DNA of 64,000 bases, taken from Dehalococcoidia bacterium. GTDB lineage: Bacteria; Chloroflexota; Dehalococcoidia; Bin125. The DNA is taken from NCBI GenBank assembly GCA_965207365.1, contig OZ242281.1, forward strand, positions 68,003-132,002, read 5' to 3'. Each line of letters opens with the position of its first letter. Position 1 is the stretch's first letter. Under the pieces are notes generated by a model that worked only from the letters and a program-made list of their open reading frames with translations, did not search any database and had not been told where the DNA came from. The translations under genes and the position numbers were made by a program. Shown here one piece after another: positions 19,108 to 28,915 of this stretch.

Positions 19108-19226
19108 GTCATACCCGCTCTTGTCGCGGAGCCTGCCTCCGGCTTGAACGGGGGTATCTCGCGGATTCGGGCGCAGAAGTCGGTGCAGTACGCAGCGAGA
19201 TTGCCGCGCCGGAGCGCGGCAATGAC
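19108..19226. repeat. REP-like pair, family B (GTCATACCCGCG..GCGGGTATCTC / GAGATT..GCAATGAC)
   Basis: Inverted pair between nfuA and the radical SAM gene. The left unit contains an inserted hairpin module. Confidence 0.75.
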
Positions 19227-19238
19227 GAAACTGAGGAG

Positions 19239-19847
19239 CTACTTCTTGGAGGGCTTGTAGTAGGGGTTGTCGCCGGACTGGTGGTCCGTGATGTCGACGA
19301 GTTCCTCGATTTCGGGGAGGGCTTCCTTGACGGCGACTTCGATGCCCTGCTTGAGCGTGACGTTGGCCATGCCGCAGCCCTGGCAGCCTCCGCCCATTTC
19401 GATGTAGGCTCGTTTGCCGCGCAGTTCAAGCAGTTGCACGAAGCCGCCGTGGGCGGCGATCTGGGGATTGACCTGCTCGTCGAAGATGCGCTGGATTTCT
19501 TGCGCCAGCGGATCTCGCCAGACGGGATTCGGGTTGTGGAACTCGAGGCCGGAGACGTTGGGGCCCTTGAATTCGTAGTGGACGTTGGTGCCGCGCAGAT
19601 CTTCGATGTGTTCGCCCTCGACATAGAGGAGGAAGTCGGGATACTGCACCGTGGCGTCGCCATCCGGTTCGATGCCCTTCTCGACGATGGTCAGGACGTG
19701 CTCGAAGCCTTCCGAGGTACGCCCGGTGATCTTGAGGCGCAGTCCGGCGACCTCCTCCGGATAACCGGTCAAGACCTCTAACAGTTTTGAGCGTGCCACA
19801 TCCGAGAATGTGATACCCAGTTCGCCTGCATCTACGTTGGTGGTCAT
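19239..19847 (-). CDS. nfuA: Fe-S biogenesis protein NfuA (degenerate A-type domain + NifU-C)
   Basis: INP-like VNPQIAAHGG, GGGCQGC, TLKQGIE and DITDHQSGDNPYY motifs. Confidence 0.9.
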   Translation of the reverse strand: MTTNVDAGELGITFSDVARSKLLEVLTGYPEEVAGLRLKITGRTSEGFEHVLTIVEKGIEPDGDATVQYPDFLLYVEGEHIEDLRGTNVHYEFKGPNVSGLEFHNPNPVWRDPLAQEIQRIFDEQVNPQIAAHGGFVQLLELRGKRAYIEMGGGCQGCGMANVTLKQGIEVAVKEALPEIEELVDITDHQSGDNPYYKPSKK

Positions 19848-19897
19848 CGGATTCCCCTGTCCAACTCTCGTTTTCTAGCATAGCGTTCGTCAGACAG

Positions 19898-21652
19898 GTG
19901 TACGAACTGGAGTGTGCTGTGCCCGTCGAACGAGTGATCGTCGAGAAGAACCTCGAAATTCCCATGCGTGACGGCGTCATCCTGCGCGCCGACCTCTACC
20001 GACCCGAGGACGCTGACCAGCCGGGCAAGGCTGTACCTGGGATCGTGACGCGGACGCCTTATGACAAGGAGATGTCCGGGGCGGGCCTCGTCGCGGTGAT
20101 GCCCAGCGCACTGAAACTGGCCGAGCGTGGGTATGCGGTGGTGGTTTGCGACACGCGCGGACGATATGCATCGGAGGGCGACTTCAAGCCGTTTCACCAG
20201 GAAGGGCCGGACGGCTACGACACGCTGGAGTGGGTGGCGGCGCAGCCCTGGTGCGACGGCAACACGGCGATCTATGGTCCGTCCTACGTCGGCGCGACGA
20301 CCATGCTGGCCGCTCGCGAGCGTCCACCGTCTCTGCGCTGCGCAATTCCAATCATTACCGCCGACGACTACTACGACGGCTGGACGTATCAGGGCGGCGC
20401 ATTTCAGTTGGGCTTTGTTGGACTCTGGGGCAGCGGTCTGGCGGCGACGGGGTATCTGCAGCAGAACCATAGCCGGCCATCGGAGGCGGCGTCGGAGTTA
20501 ACCGAGGCGGTGATGGGCAATGGGTTCCAGCTCCTGGGCAGCCGGCCGCTGAACTCGATGCCTGGGATTTCGCAAGAGGGCGTGGCTGCTTACTGGCACG
20601 AGTGGCTGGAACATGAGACTCGCGACGATTACTGGGAGTCCGTCCGGCACTCTGCCGACTACTCGCGCTTCCAGGTGCCGATGCTGCACATCGGCGGTTG
20701 GTTCGACATCTTCGGGATTGGCACGGTTCGCAACTTCCGCGGAATATCCAACGAGGGAAATCACGAGCAGCACCTGATCATGGGACCCTGGGCGCACACC
20801 AACTACGACCGCTGGCTGGGCGAGTTGGAGTTCGGCCCGACCGGCGCAGCGGCCGCGGCGAATGTGATCGCGGACATCAATGTCTTCCTCGATCGACATC
20901 TGAAGGGCCGCGATCGCGAATTGTCGAACGTGCGCTGGTTCCTGATGGGCGCGAACGAGTGGCGCACCGCGGCATCGTGGCCTCCGCCCAATGCAGAGGA
21001 ACAGACGCTCTACCTCGGTTCTCACGGAGGAGGCAACTTGCACTATGGCGATGGCCGCCTGACGCCTGAATGTCCCGAAGAGGATCATCGCTGGGACGAG
21101 TATCTCTACACCGGTTACAAGCCCGTGATCACCAATGGCGGATCGACGTTGCAACAGGCGATTGGCATGCCGGGACCGCGCGACCAGAGCCGTGCGGAGA
21201 GTCGGGACGATGTGCTCTGCTACACCACGGAGCCGCTGACCGAAGCGGTTGATGTCGCTGGGCCGGTCGAAGTGGACATCTGGTTCTCCAGCGATCGTCC
21301 CGACACCGACATTACGGCCAAACTGGTCGATGTCGATCCGGACGGCAAGGCGGTCTCGCTGGTTGACGGGATTATGCGGGCTCGGTTCCGCGAAGGCTTT
21401 GACCGCGAAGTGTTCCTGACCCCGGGCGATGTGGTCAAGGTGACCGTAGAGCTGGCGTCGCTGGGGCATCGGTTCGACATTGGACACCGAATTCGGCTGG
21501 AAGTGTCGAGCAGCAACTACCCTCGCTTCATGGCGAACTCGAATGACGGCGGATCAGTCAACTCGGCCACCGAGATGCTGCCGGCGATCAACTCGATTCG
21601 TCGCGGCGGAGAGTATCCGTCGGCGCTACGCATGTACGTTCTCAACGACTAA
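19898..21652 (+). CDS. CocE/NonD family hydrolase
   Basis: IPMRDGVILRADLYRP, RTPY, GPSY nucleophile elbow, GGWFD, GPWAH and SSSNYPRF motifs. Confidence 0.93.
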   Translation: MYELECAVPVERVIVEKNLEIPMRDGVILRADLYRPEDADQPGKAVPGIVTRTPYDKEMSGAGLVAVMPSALKLAERGYAVVVCDTRGRYASEGDFKPFHQEGPDGYDTLEWVAAQPWCDGNTAIYGPSYVGATTMLAARERPPSLRCAIPIITADDYYDGWTYQGGAFQLGFVGLWGSGLAATGYLQQNHSRPSEAASELTEAVMGNGFQLLGSRPLNSMPGISQEGVAAYWHEWLEHETRDDYWESVRHSADYSRFQVPMLHIGGWFDIFGIGTVRNFRGISNEGNHEQHLIMGPWAHTNYDRWLGELEFGPTGAAAAANVIADINVFLDRHLKGRDRELSNVRWFLMGANEWRTAASWPPPNAEEQTLYLGSHGGGNLHYGDGRLTPECPEEDHRWDEYLYTGYKPVITNGGSTLQQAIGMPGPRDQSRAESRDDVLCYTTEPLTEAVDVAGPVEVDIWFSSDRPDTDITAKLVDVDPDGKAVSLVDGIMRARFREGFDREVFLTPGDVVKVTVELASLGHRFDIGHRIRLEVSSSNYPRFMANSNDGGSVNSATEMLPAINSIRRGGEYPSALRMYVLND

Positions 21653-21673
21653 GCACAGAGAGAGGAACGACTG

Positions 21674-22000
21674 ATGATCTATGAGCTTCGCATCTACACG
21701 GCTCACCCGGGCAAGATGGGCAGCCTGATGAAGCGCTTCCGCGACCACACGATGGAGCTGTTTGAGCGCCACGGGATCCACAACGTGGGCTACTGGACAA
21801 ACTCGGTCGGCGGTCGCTCGGACGAGTTGTGGTACATCCTCAGCTATGAGAATCACGGCCAGCGCGAGGAAGCCTGGAAGAGCTTCGCCGCAGATCCGGA
21901 GTGGCAAGCCGCACGCGCCGCGTCGGAGGAGGATGGTCCGCTTGTGCACCACATCGAGAACCGGCTGCTCCAGCCGACCGAGTGGTCGCCGATGCCATAG
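21674..22000 (+). CDS. NIPSNAP family protein
   Basis: MIYELRIY...FAADPEW...LQPTEWSP pattern with an AGGA RBS. Confidence 0.9.
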   Translation: MIYELRIYTAHPGKMGSLMKRFRDHTMELFERHGIHNVGYWTNSVGGRSDELWYILSYENHGQREEAWKSFAADPEWQAARAASEEDGPLVHHIENRLLQPTEWSPMP

Positions 22001-22056
22001 GCGTCAAACCAAGACCCAAACTAGCTCGCCGATGTACTGCTCACGGAGGCCGCCCC

Positions 22057-23805
22057 ATGCGCATCATCACCTCTTACGCCTGCACGCTGGACGTGGAAAC
22101 CGCCGAAGAAGCCTCCTGGCGATTCAACCTCTATCGAGGTGTGATGGACGACTGGCTGCATGATCAGGGAATCAGCGATCCCAGAGCGGACTCACCTTCC
22201 GATACCTTCATACAACTCACGCGGCGGGATGTATCGCACGAGGGGGCGGAAATCGACGGCTTCTTGCTCAAGCAGCCGATTGAGGAGTCAAGCCACGTCC
22301 TCCACACGCGATTCGATCTTGGGGTTCGTGATTGCTCACTCGCGCTTTTTCTGCAGTTCAGCGTGGAGCGCAGGACGAACCGGATCGCTCCAACGAGCAT
22401 TCAGATCGGTTGCCCGAGAGCACTTGCCACTATCCTCGATTCGGGCGACTGGCGATCCGGTCAAGTACGCCTGCGGCCCCATAGTCGACGGGCTGTTGGT
22501 ACCAACGCCGGCAGACAGCTCCACAAAGAAATAATGGACCCTGAGCGGACTTTGCCGTTCGTCTTGCTAGCCAATCTCAATGATGCGGAAGAAGGTTGGC
22601 ACCAGCGCGACACAGTTGATCCCTACGGCGATGCGGAGTGGGGAGACTTTGTAAACCGTCTCGAAGACGACCTGGGCGGTGTAGCTCAATTGATTGACCT
22701 AGACACATCAGCAGCCAATGCACTCATACCCCCCGACTTGCCGCCCCGCAAAGTACGACAACGGCCGGCTTTGGGTTACCGGCCCCCTCAGTTCTCAGAA
22801 TGGGGAATGAGTGGTTCGTTAGTTCGCGTCTATTGGCCACTCGGCACCCAGGGTTTCTCGCCAGAGCAGCATCCTGCCTGGGCACCTTTTGAGCATTACT
22901 ACGAAGTCGATGAAGACGATGCCTATGACTATCCCGTTCACCAAGGTGGCTCCGGGATGCCACCTCCTTCTTGGGTAACCCTGTTTCGCGGTCATGAGCT
23001 CATGGCAGTTCGATCAGAGATTCGCGACGTAGTCTACGAGCAGGCTGCGCTGCAACCCCTACCTGCTCTGATTGACGACATCAGGCGTCTACACGCTGCG
23101 TCCGAACGCGAACGATTAACCGAGGACGGTGACTTTAGAGAATGGCAGGAATACTACGATGACGAGCTTGAGCAGAAAGACCAGACGATCAATTCGCTGC
23201 GGGAGTCGCTAAACAGGCAGGAGAGAAACCTTGAGGCGATACAGGATGAGTTAGACGGCAGAAAAGCAACCATCGAACAACTTAAGTATCAGCTGAACGC
23301 GCAAAATGCTGCTGCCGATGACGAGGAAATAGCTGAGGAAGCGGGCGGATCTCGCGACCCGGTCACTGTTGCGGAGGCTGTAGCAATCGCGAGGTCCCAA
23401 TGCGCAGGCCTCAGTTTCGGGCCGCACGCGACTGACAAACTCGACGTTCTGAATTCTAATGCGGGTCCTCCCAGAAAGATCCTCAGTGATCTCAAACTCC
23501 TCAACCAATGCAGCCAACTCTTGCAAGAGGGTGGTTCGCTCGGGCAGGATGTGATTGCTTGGCTGAAGGGCCAAAATGTCAATGCCTCTAAGGAAAGCTC
23601 CACCAGAATGAACAGGCATGCGACGGAATTGACCTTTTCAACTGCTCGCGACACCTACGAGCTGATGGGAGACCACATCAAGTACCGAGCTGGAGGGCTG
23701 GATCGCGAAGTTCGGATCCACTTCAAGGTTCATGCTTCAGAAGTCAATGGTGAAACCGCTACGATCGATATCGGTTACATCGGGCAAAAGGTCATGCCCG
23801 TTTGA
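22057..23805 (+). CDS. hypothetical multidomain protein with central coiled coil and C-terminal putative RNase-like domain
   Basis: GGAGG RBS before ATG 22057. Lower GC than flanks. Coiled coil at about 23100-23340. C-terminal HIKY...RIHF...IGYIG. Confidence 0.7.
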   Translation: MRIITSYACTLDVETAEEASWRFNLYRGVMDDWLHDQGISDPRADSPSDTFIQLTRRDVSHEGAEIDGFLLKQPIEESSHVLHTRFDLGVRDCSLALFLQFSVERRTNRIAPTSIQIGCPRALATILDSGDWRSGQVRLRPHSRRAVGTNAGRQLHKEIMDPERTLPFVLLANLNDAEEGWHQRDTVDPYGDAEWGDFVNRLEDDLGGVAQLIDLDTSAANALIPPDLPPRKVRQRPALGYRPPQFSEWGMSGSLVRVYWPLGTQGFSPEQHPAWAPFEHYYEVDEDDAYDYPVHQGGSGMPPPSWVTLFRGHELMAVRSEIRDVVYEQAALQPLPALIDDIRRLHAASERERLTEDGDFREWQEYYDDELEQKDQTINSLRESLNRQERNLEAIQDELDGRKATIEQLKYQLNAQNAAADDEEIAEEAGGSRDPVTVAEAVAIARSQCAGLSFGPHATDKLDVLNSNAGPPRKILSDLKLLNQCSQLLQEGGSLGQDVIAWLKGQNVNASKESSTRMNRHATELTFSTARDTYELMGDHIKYRAGGLDREVRIHFKVHASEVNGETATIDIGYIGQKVMPV

Positions 23806-23820
23806 GACCGGAGGCCTGAC

Positions 23821-24156
23821 ATGGTGCTGGAGAAGACCCACAGCCACGCCGACCCTCAGCCGATCACGTCGGTGGCGGAGATACGCAGTCGCAAGGGCAT
23901 GCCGTTCGACGAGTTCTGCGCCCAGCATCCATGGTGGGAGTGGACGGAATCGCGGCTGGCGCGGCGGATGATTGACGCGGAGGGCCATGCCTGGGTACCG
24001 ATGTGGGCGCCCGGTCCGGGAGTTGGCATCTGCTACGAGCCTGAGCTGACGCCCGAAGCCGAAGTGTACATCGCCGAACTCTCGCGCAAGGCTCTCGAGG
24101 AGGTCCAGGCCGGCAAAGGGACCTACCTAGACGAACTCGACGACTGGGACGACTAA
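23821..24156 (+). CDS. putative antitoxin
   Basis: GGAGG RBS. Acidic C-terminus (ALEEVQAGKGTYLDELDDWDD) lies directly upstream of a RelE-like gene. Confidence 0.6.
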   Translation: MVLEKTHSHADPQPITSVAEIRSRKGMPFDEFCAQHPWWEWTESRLARRMIDAEGHAWVPMWAPGPGVGICYEPELTPEAEVYIAELSRKALEEVQAGKGTYLDELDDWDD

Positions 24157-24160
24157 GACT

Positions 24161-24451
24161 GTGCGCTTTCGGGTCGCTTTGACCAAAGAGGCGCTATCGC
24201 AGCGTGCCGTTTTGCCCCCTCGTCCGAAGCGAAGAGTTAATCAGCTGCTTTTGGAACTGGAAACAGATCCCTACGGTGCACACTCGCTCCAACTGGAGCT
24301 GCTATCCGACGAAATTGTGTTCCGGGTTCGAGAAGACGGCTATCGCATTCTCTACAGCCCAGTACCTGGTAAGCGTGAAGTGTCGGTGTTCCGCATCGCT
24401 CTTCGAGCGGTCGCATACAAGGGCTATGAACGTCCGTCGCGGAACCAGTAA
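24161..24451 (+). CDS. RelE/ParE family toxin
   Basis: Basic 96-aa protein with LETDPY, FRVREDGYRILY and V.RIALR.VAY motifs. Confidence 0.8.
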   Translation: MRFRVALTKEALSQRAVLPPRPKRRVNQLLLELETDPYGAHSLQLELLSDEIVFRVREDGYRILYSPVPGKREVSVFRIALRAVAYKGYERPSRNQ

Positions 24452-24471
24452 GCAAATCTAGCGCTCAGCAC

Positions 24472-25287
24472 CTAGCCCCGATGCCTCAGCCGGACGACCA
24501 TCACTGGCGGGATGTCGGGCAGATGGTCCCAGGTCAGCCGACCCTCGGCGTCTCCGGCTCCTCCGTCGGTGATGGCGGGTTCTCGGATTCCGTCGAGCAC
24601 CCAGCCCCGGTTGAAGGCGGTTTCGAAGAGCCCGGTCAGGGTGCGGTCGAAGTAGGGCTGGATGGCCGGTTGACCGACGACGGCGATGCCATGACCCACT
24701 CCTCTGTTCAAGTAGCTGGTGATTCGTATGCCCGACTCTTCGATGAATCGGCCGTCGGAGGTCTCCGTCCGCTCCTTGTAGAGCTTCACATGAGGGCCCG
24801 GCGTGAACGCCGGGTGAAGGACGGAGAAGATGAACGGGGCGCCTTCGGCGAGGACGAGCGGGAGCATGTCGAAGATTGGCGTGATTTCGGCAATATCCAT
24901 CAGCGCCATGTTGCATACAGCGGCTCCGAACGGAGCGTCTCTTGCGCCTGAGAGGGCAGCCAGTTGGGCGCGGTCGGTGGCGTCGAGTTTGAACAGGTTG
25001 ATGGGCAAGCCCTCGGAGCGCTCACGTGCGGCGTCGAGCTGGGCCTGAGAGCCGTCGGTGGCGGTGACTGAGACTCCCAGCCTTGCGAGCTGCCGCGCAA
25101 AGTTTCCGTTTCCGCAGGCGATCTCCAACACCGACCCCGGCAAGGGTTCCAGCAATTCGAGCGTGTTGGGGAAGACCAGGACGCGTTGCCAGTAGTTGCC
25201 ATCATCGCCCTGGACCTCGTCCCAGAACTCGGCGTTCTGTTCCCATGCTTCGATCGATTCGGTGTTGTGGTCCGGGTAGTCGACCAT
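24472..25287 (-). CDS. class I SAM-dependent methyltransferase
   Basis: WEQNAEFWD, VLEIACGNG, TDGS, NMALMD and FSVLHP motifs. Confidence 0.88.
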   Translation of the reverse strand: MVDYPDHNTESIEAWEQNAEFWDEVQGDDGNYWQRVLVFPNTLELLEPLPGSVLEIACGNGNFARQLARLGVSVTATDGSQAQLDAARERSEGLPINLFKLDATDRAQLAALSGARDAPFGAAVCNMALMDIAEITPIFDMLPLVLAEGAPFIFSVLHPAFTPGPHVKLYKERTETSDGRFIEESGIRITSYLNRGVGHGIAVVGQPAIQPYFDRTLTGLFETAFNRGWVLDGIREPAITDGGAGDAEGRLTWDHLPDIPPVMVVRLRHRG

Positions 25288-25368
25288 GACGGACTCGATT
25301 TCGTTGCTACCGTAGGCGCAGACCAGTGAGATTATCACCGTACATCGACGACCTGCAGGAGGATCCGG

Positions 25369-26328
25369 ATGAGCGCACCACTTCCCGTGATCGTGCAAGG
25401 GCTGGGACCGATCGGAATGCGCATCGCCGAGGCGGCGCTGAGTGATCCGTTCCTTGAAGTCGTGGGCGCGGTCGAGATCAATCCCGACATGGTCGGCAAG
25501 CCGCTGTCCGATTTCATCGATGGCGCTCCCGAGATCGTGATCCGGCAGGCCGTGTCAGCGGCGCGAGTTGATGCGCGATCGGACGGGGGAATTCTGATTC
25601 ACTGCACCGGCTCGTACCTCGAGCAGGTGTCACCGCAGATTGAGGAAGCGCTACGACAGGACTTGCATGTCGTCTCGACCTGCGAGGAGCTGGCCTTTGC
25701 TCAGGCGCGGCATCCGGAGATTGCGGCAGGGCTGGACTTGCTGGCTCGGCGGGCTGATCGCACGGTCGTTGGCACCGGAGTGAATCCGGGGTTTCTGATG
25801 GATGCGCTGCCGGCGTCGATGTCGGCGATTTCGCACAGCATCAAGTCGGTCTCGGTGCGCCGTGTGCAGGATCCATCGCGGCGGCGGGTTCCATTCCAGG
25901 AGAAGGTCGGGATGGGGATATCGCCGGCGCAGTGGGAAGAAAAGCGCGACGCGGGTGGATTCGGTCATGTAGGGCTGGTGGAGTCGGCCAGGTTGCTTGC
26001 TTACTCGCTGGGCTGGAAGCTTGTCGATTGGCAGCACGACATGGTCCCCTGCGAGGTTGCAGGTCAGGAGCTCGTGCAAGGAACGCTGGAGACGCTCGAG
26101 GGCTCGACGTACGACGGTCATCGGGTGCGGTTGCACTTCGAAGCGAACGCGTCTGTTGATGAGGAGTACGACGAGATCGTGGTCGACGGAACGCCGCCAC
26201 TCAAACTTCGGTTCGAGGGTGGAGTGTTTGGCGACGATGCGACGGCGGCCGCGGCGCTGCGGGCGGCTCGGGTGATTCCTCATACTCGGCGCGGGTTGAT
26301 GACGGTGCTCGATCTGCCGCTGCGTTAA
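25369..26328 (+). CDS. NAD(P)-dependent amine dehydrogenase (DapB-N / 2,4-diaminopentanoate dehydrogenase-like)
   Basis: GLGPIG Rossmann motif, VVSTCEEL, GTGVNPGFLMD, GHVGL.ES and GDDAT motifs. Confidence 0.8.
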   Translation: MSAPLPVIVQGLGPIGMRIAEAALSDPFLEVVGAVEINPDMVGKPLSDFIDGAPEIVIRQAVSAARVDARSDGGILIHCTGSYLEQVSPQIEEALRQDLHVVSTCEELAFAQARHPEIAAGLDLLARRADRTVVGTGVNPGFLMDALPASMSAISHSIKSVSVRRVQDPSRRRVPFQEKVGMGISPAQWEEKRDAGGFGHVGLVESARLLAYSLGWKLVDWQHDMVPCEVAGQELVQGTLETLEGSTYDGHRVRLHFEANASVDEEYDEIVVDGTPPLKLRFEGGVFGDDATAAAALRAARVIPHTRRGLMTVLDLPLR

Positions 26329-26367
26329 ACTGAGCATCCGCCGGATCAACGTCGAAAGGCAGCCACC

Positions 26368-26877
26368 ATGGACTTCGATGACCGAGAGTTCCGCAACGCA
26401 CTAGGGATGTTCCCGAGCGGCGTCACTGTCGTTACGACCGGGACTGATCCCAACTTTGTTGGGATGACGGCGCAGTCGTTTTCGTCGCTGTCGCTTGATC
26501 CCCCGTTGGTACTGGTCTGCGTCGACAAGAGCGCAAGCGTCTTGCCGCTGCTCAAGGAAACCGGCGCCTACACCGTCAACATTCTGCCCGACACGGCGAT
26601 GGACACGTCCAACTTCTTCGCCAGCAGCAAGCGACCGCCGCCGCCGCACCAATTCGACGAGCATGAGCACGAGCTCGGTGAGACAGGACAGCCGCGGCTG
26701 GCGGCAGCGACGATGGTCTTCGATTGCGACATTCATTCAGTCGTCGATGGCGGCGACCATGAGATCATCATTGGCGAGGTCAAGGCGTTTGTGAAGCAGT
26801 CGGACGATGAGCCAATCCTGTTCTACGGCGGCAACTATCGAAAGATGGGTCCACCCGACCCGTCGATGAGCTGGTAG
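26368..26877 (+). CDS. flavin reductase family protein
   Basis: FRNALGMFPSGVTVVT, SLSLDPPLVLVC and GGDHEIIIGEV motifs. Confidence 0.93.
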   Translation: MDFDDREFRNALGMFPSGVTVVTTGTDPNFVGMTAQSFSSLSLDPPLVLVCVDKSASVLPLLKETGAYTVNILPDTAMDTSNFFASSKRPPPPHQFDEHEHELGETGQPRLAAATMVFDCDIHSVVDGGDHEIIIGEVKAFVKQSDDEPILFYGGNYRKMGPPDPSMSW

Positions 26878-26885
26878 CTCGCGCG

Positions 26886-27428
26886 ATGGATGAGCGTCCG
26901 CTGCTGGCGACGGAACCGCCGCTGCCGGCTGACGACTTTGTCCCTGCCCTGTGGGTGCCACTAACCCGGGCTCTACGCGCACGGCGTCGGCTGATCCAGA
27001 TGGTGGAGTCGTTGCCGGGTCCGGTCTGGCTCAAGGATTCAGCAGCGCCGGGATGGGCGAGACGCGACGTGCTGGCCCACTTGGCAGCCACGGACCGTCG
27101 ATATCACGATGTGTTGATTGCGGTGCTGAATGGGTCGCCGCTGGAAGAGTGGAAACCGGATCCCTCGGTGCCGAGTCCGGAACTTGATCGGGCCAATGCG
27201 CTTGGGGCAGAGAGATTTCAGGGAGATTCGGTGGACGCGTTGGCCGAGCAGTTACAGGCGGGCGCCGAGAAGTCGACGATGTACTTCGCAGCGCTGACTG
27301 AGGATCAGGTGTTGATGCGGATGGGATTTGCCGGGAATGCGCTGTCACTGCTGGAGGCGTGGGCTCAGCACGACAACCAGCATGCAGATGACATCATCAA
27401 CGGCCCGACGATGATGCGGACCTTGTAA
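26886..27428 (+). CDS. DinB/MDMPI-N superfamily protein
   Basis: GWARRDVLAHLA and HDNQHADDI metal-binding His pattern. Confidence 0.75.
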   Translation: MDERPLLATEPPLPADDFVPALWVPLTRALRARRRLIQMVESLPGPVWLKDSAAPGWARRDVLAHLAATDRRYHDVLIAVLNGSPLEEWKPDPSVPSPELDRANALGAERFQGDSVDALAEQLQAGAEKSTMYFAALTEDQVLMRMGFAGNALSLLEAWAQHDNQHADDIINGPTMMRTL

Positions 27429-27444
27429 CAGATTGCTACGGTCA

Positions 27445-27490
27445 GGGACCCCCGTACAGCCTTCGGCAAACTTCCCTGCAAGGGGAGAGG
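27445..27490. repeat. degenerate family A palindromic repeat
   Basis: CCCCC..GCCTTCGGC..CCCTGCAAGGGGAG between convergent genes. Confidence 0.55.
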
Positions 27491-27534
27491 CGAAGACGAG
27501 CGGATGTCGATTTCGAGTCTGGCTGGTTGGGCTG

Positions 27535-28380
27535 CTATCGATCGATGCGCATCCGAGCCTCGAGTAGTCTTTCTGACCTTGCTGCGTCGACTCGCTCGAT
27601 GAAGCTGTCGACCATGGCGTTGGCCAGGGAGTCGGCTCCCTGGGTCATGAGCATTTGCAGGAGGCCTCGCTTGGGTCGGACGAGTGTGGTTCGTTTTTCT
27701 ATGCCGGCAGCGTCGGCGGCCCACTCGATGGCGTCGCTGAGGTCTCCGAGCTGATCGACGAGACCGAGCTCGTGTGCTTCGGCTCCAGTGTGGATCTCGC
27801 CGGAGGCCAGTTCGGCGACGCGATCACGCTCCAGATCGGGTCGTCCTTCGGCGACGATGTCGACGAAGCGCTCGTACACGGAGTGGATCAGCGCGTCGAG
27901 CTTCTGGTCTTCTTCTGGGGTGTTCTCGCGGAAGAGAGAGCCCATATCTTTGTATTCACCTGCGGCACGAGTACGCATCTTGACTCCGACGCGGTCGAGC
28001 GCCTCGGAGATCATTGGCGCGGTCCAGATCACGCCGATCGAACCGACGACTGACGTGGGCAGGGCGAAGATCGGGTTGGCTGCACAGGCGATCATGTAGC
28101 CGCCCGATGCTCCGACGCCTCGGATCGCTGCGGCGACCGGCTTCTTGTCGGACAGTCGCTTGGCGGCGAGATAGAGCGCCTCCGAGGCGGCTGCGCCTCC
28201 ACCAGGCGAGTCGATGTCGAGTACGACTGCGGGATAGCGCGGGTTCTCGGCGATGCTGTTGAAGGTGCGGGAGAGTTCGCGTGGATTGATCCTGGCGCCG
28301 ATCTGTCCGGCCACTTCGACGATGGCCACGCGCGGAGGGAAGAGGTACTGCTCGAAGTCCATGATTGAATATCCATTCAT
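27535..28380 (-). CDS. sppA: signal peptide peptidase SppA (S49)
   Basis: IDSPGG, ASGGYMIA, GSIGV, GEYKD and GLVDQLG motifs. Confidence 0.9.
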   Translation of the reverse strand: MNGYSIMDFEQYLFPPRVAIVEVAGQIGARINPRELSRTFNSIAENPRYPAVVLDIDSPGGGAAASEALYLAAKRLSDKKPVAAAIRGVGASGGYMIACAANPIFALPTSVVGSIGVIWTAPMISEALDRVGVKMRTRAAGEYKDMGSLFRENTPEEDQKLDALIHSVYERFVDIVAEGRPDLERDRVAELASGEIHTGAEAHELGLVDQLGDLSDAIEWAADAAGIEKRTTLVRPKRGLLQMLMTQGADSLANAMVDSFIERVDAARSERLLEARMRIDR

Positions 28381-28526
28381 CCCGACTGTCGGGGAGATTT
28401 TCTCAGTGTATGAGCGGGGCGGCTTCGCGCATCGCTCCGAGAGTAGGCGCGTTGACTGTGGTAGCCGTCCACGCGATGATCAGTGACAGCAGCAGCTTGA
28501 TTTGACGTTACGTCAGGGAGGCCACC

Positions 28527-28904
28527 GTGAGCGAAACCGCCGTTTGTCCGTTGTCGGAACTGCGACCGGGTGAAGTCACCGCTGCTGATCTTGACGGTAC
28601 CCGAGTTTGCGTTGCGAATGTGCATGGCGAGGTGTTTGCGGTGCAGGACAAGTGTCCGCACCTCTTCGCGCCGCTCTCGGTGGGTGAGCTGAAGAATGCG
28701 CACATCGTCTGTCCCTGGCACGACTCAGAGTTCGACATGCGGACGGGCAAGACGAAGTCGTGGTTGCCCAACGGCGTATGGAACGTGATCCACAAGCTGT
28801 TGCCGACTCCGCCGCCGTTCATCAAGAACAAGATCGAGCCGGACGCCATCCAGACGTTCAAGACGCGCGTCTCAGACGGGACGATCTACGTCTCCGACGA
28901 CTGA
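28527..28904 (+). CDS. Rieske 2Fe-2S ferredoxin
   Basis: CPH...CPWH ligands. GGAGG RBS before GTG. Confidence 0.9.
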   Translation: MSETAVCPLSELRPGEVTAADLDGTRVCVANVHGEVFAVQDKCPHLFAPLSVGELKNAHIVCPWHDSEFDMRTGKTKSWLPNGVWNVIHKLLPTPPPFIKNKIEPDAIQTFKTRVSDGTIYVSDD

Positions 28905-28915
28905 ACACTCGGCAG

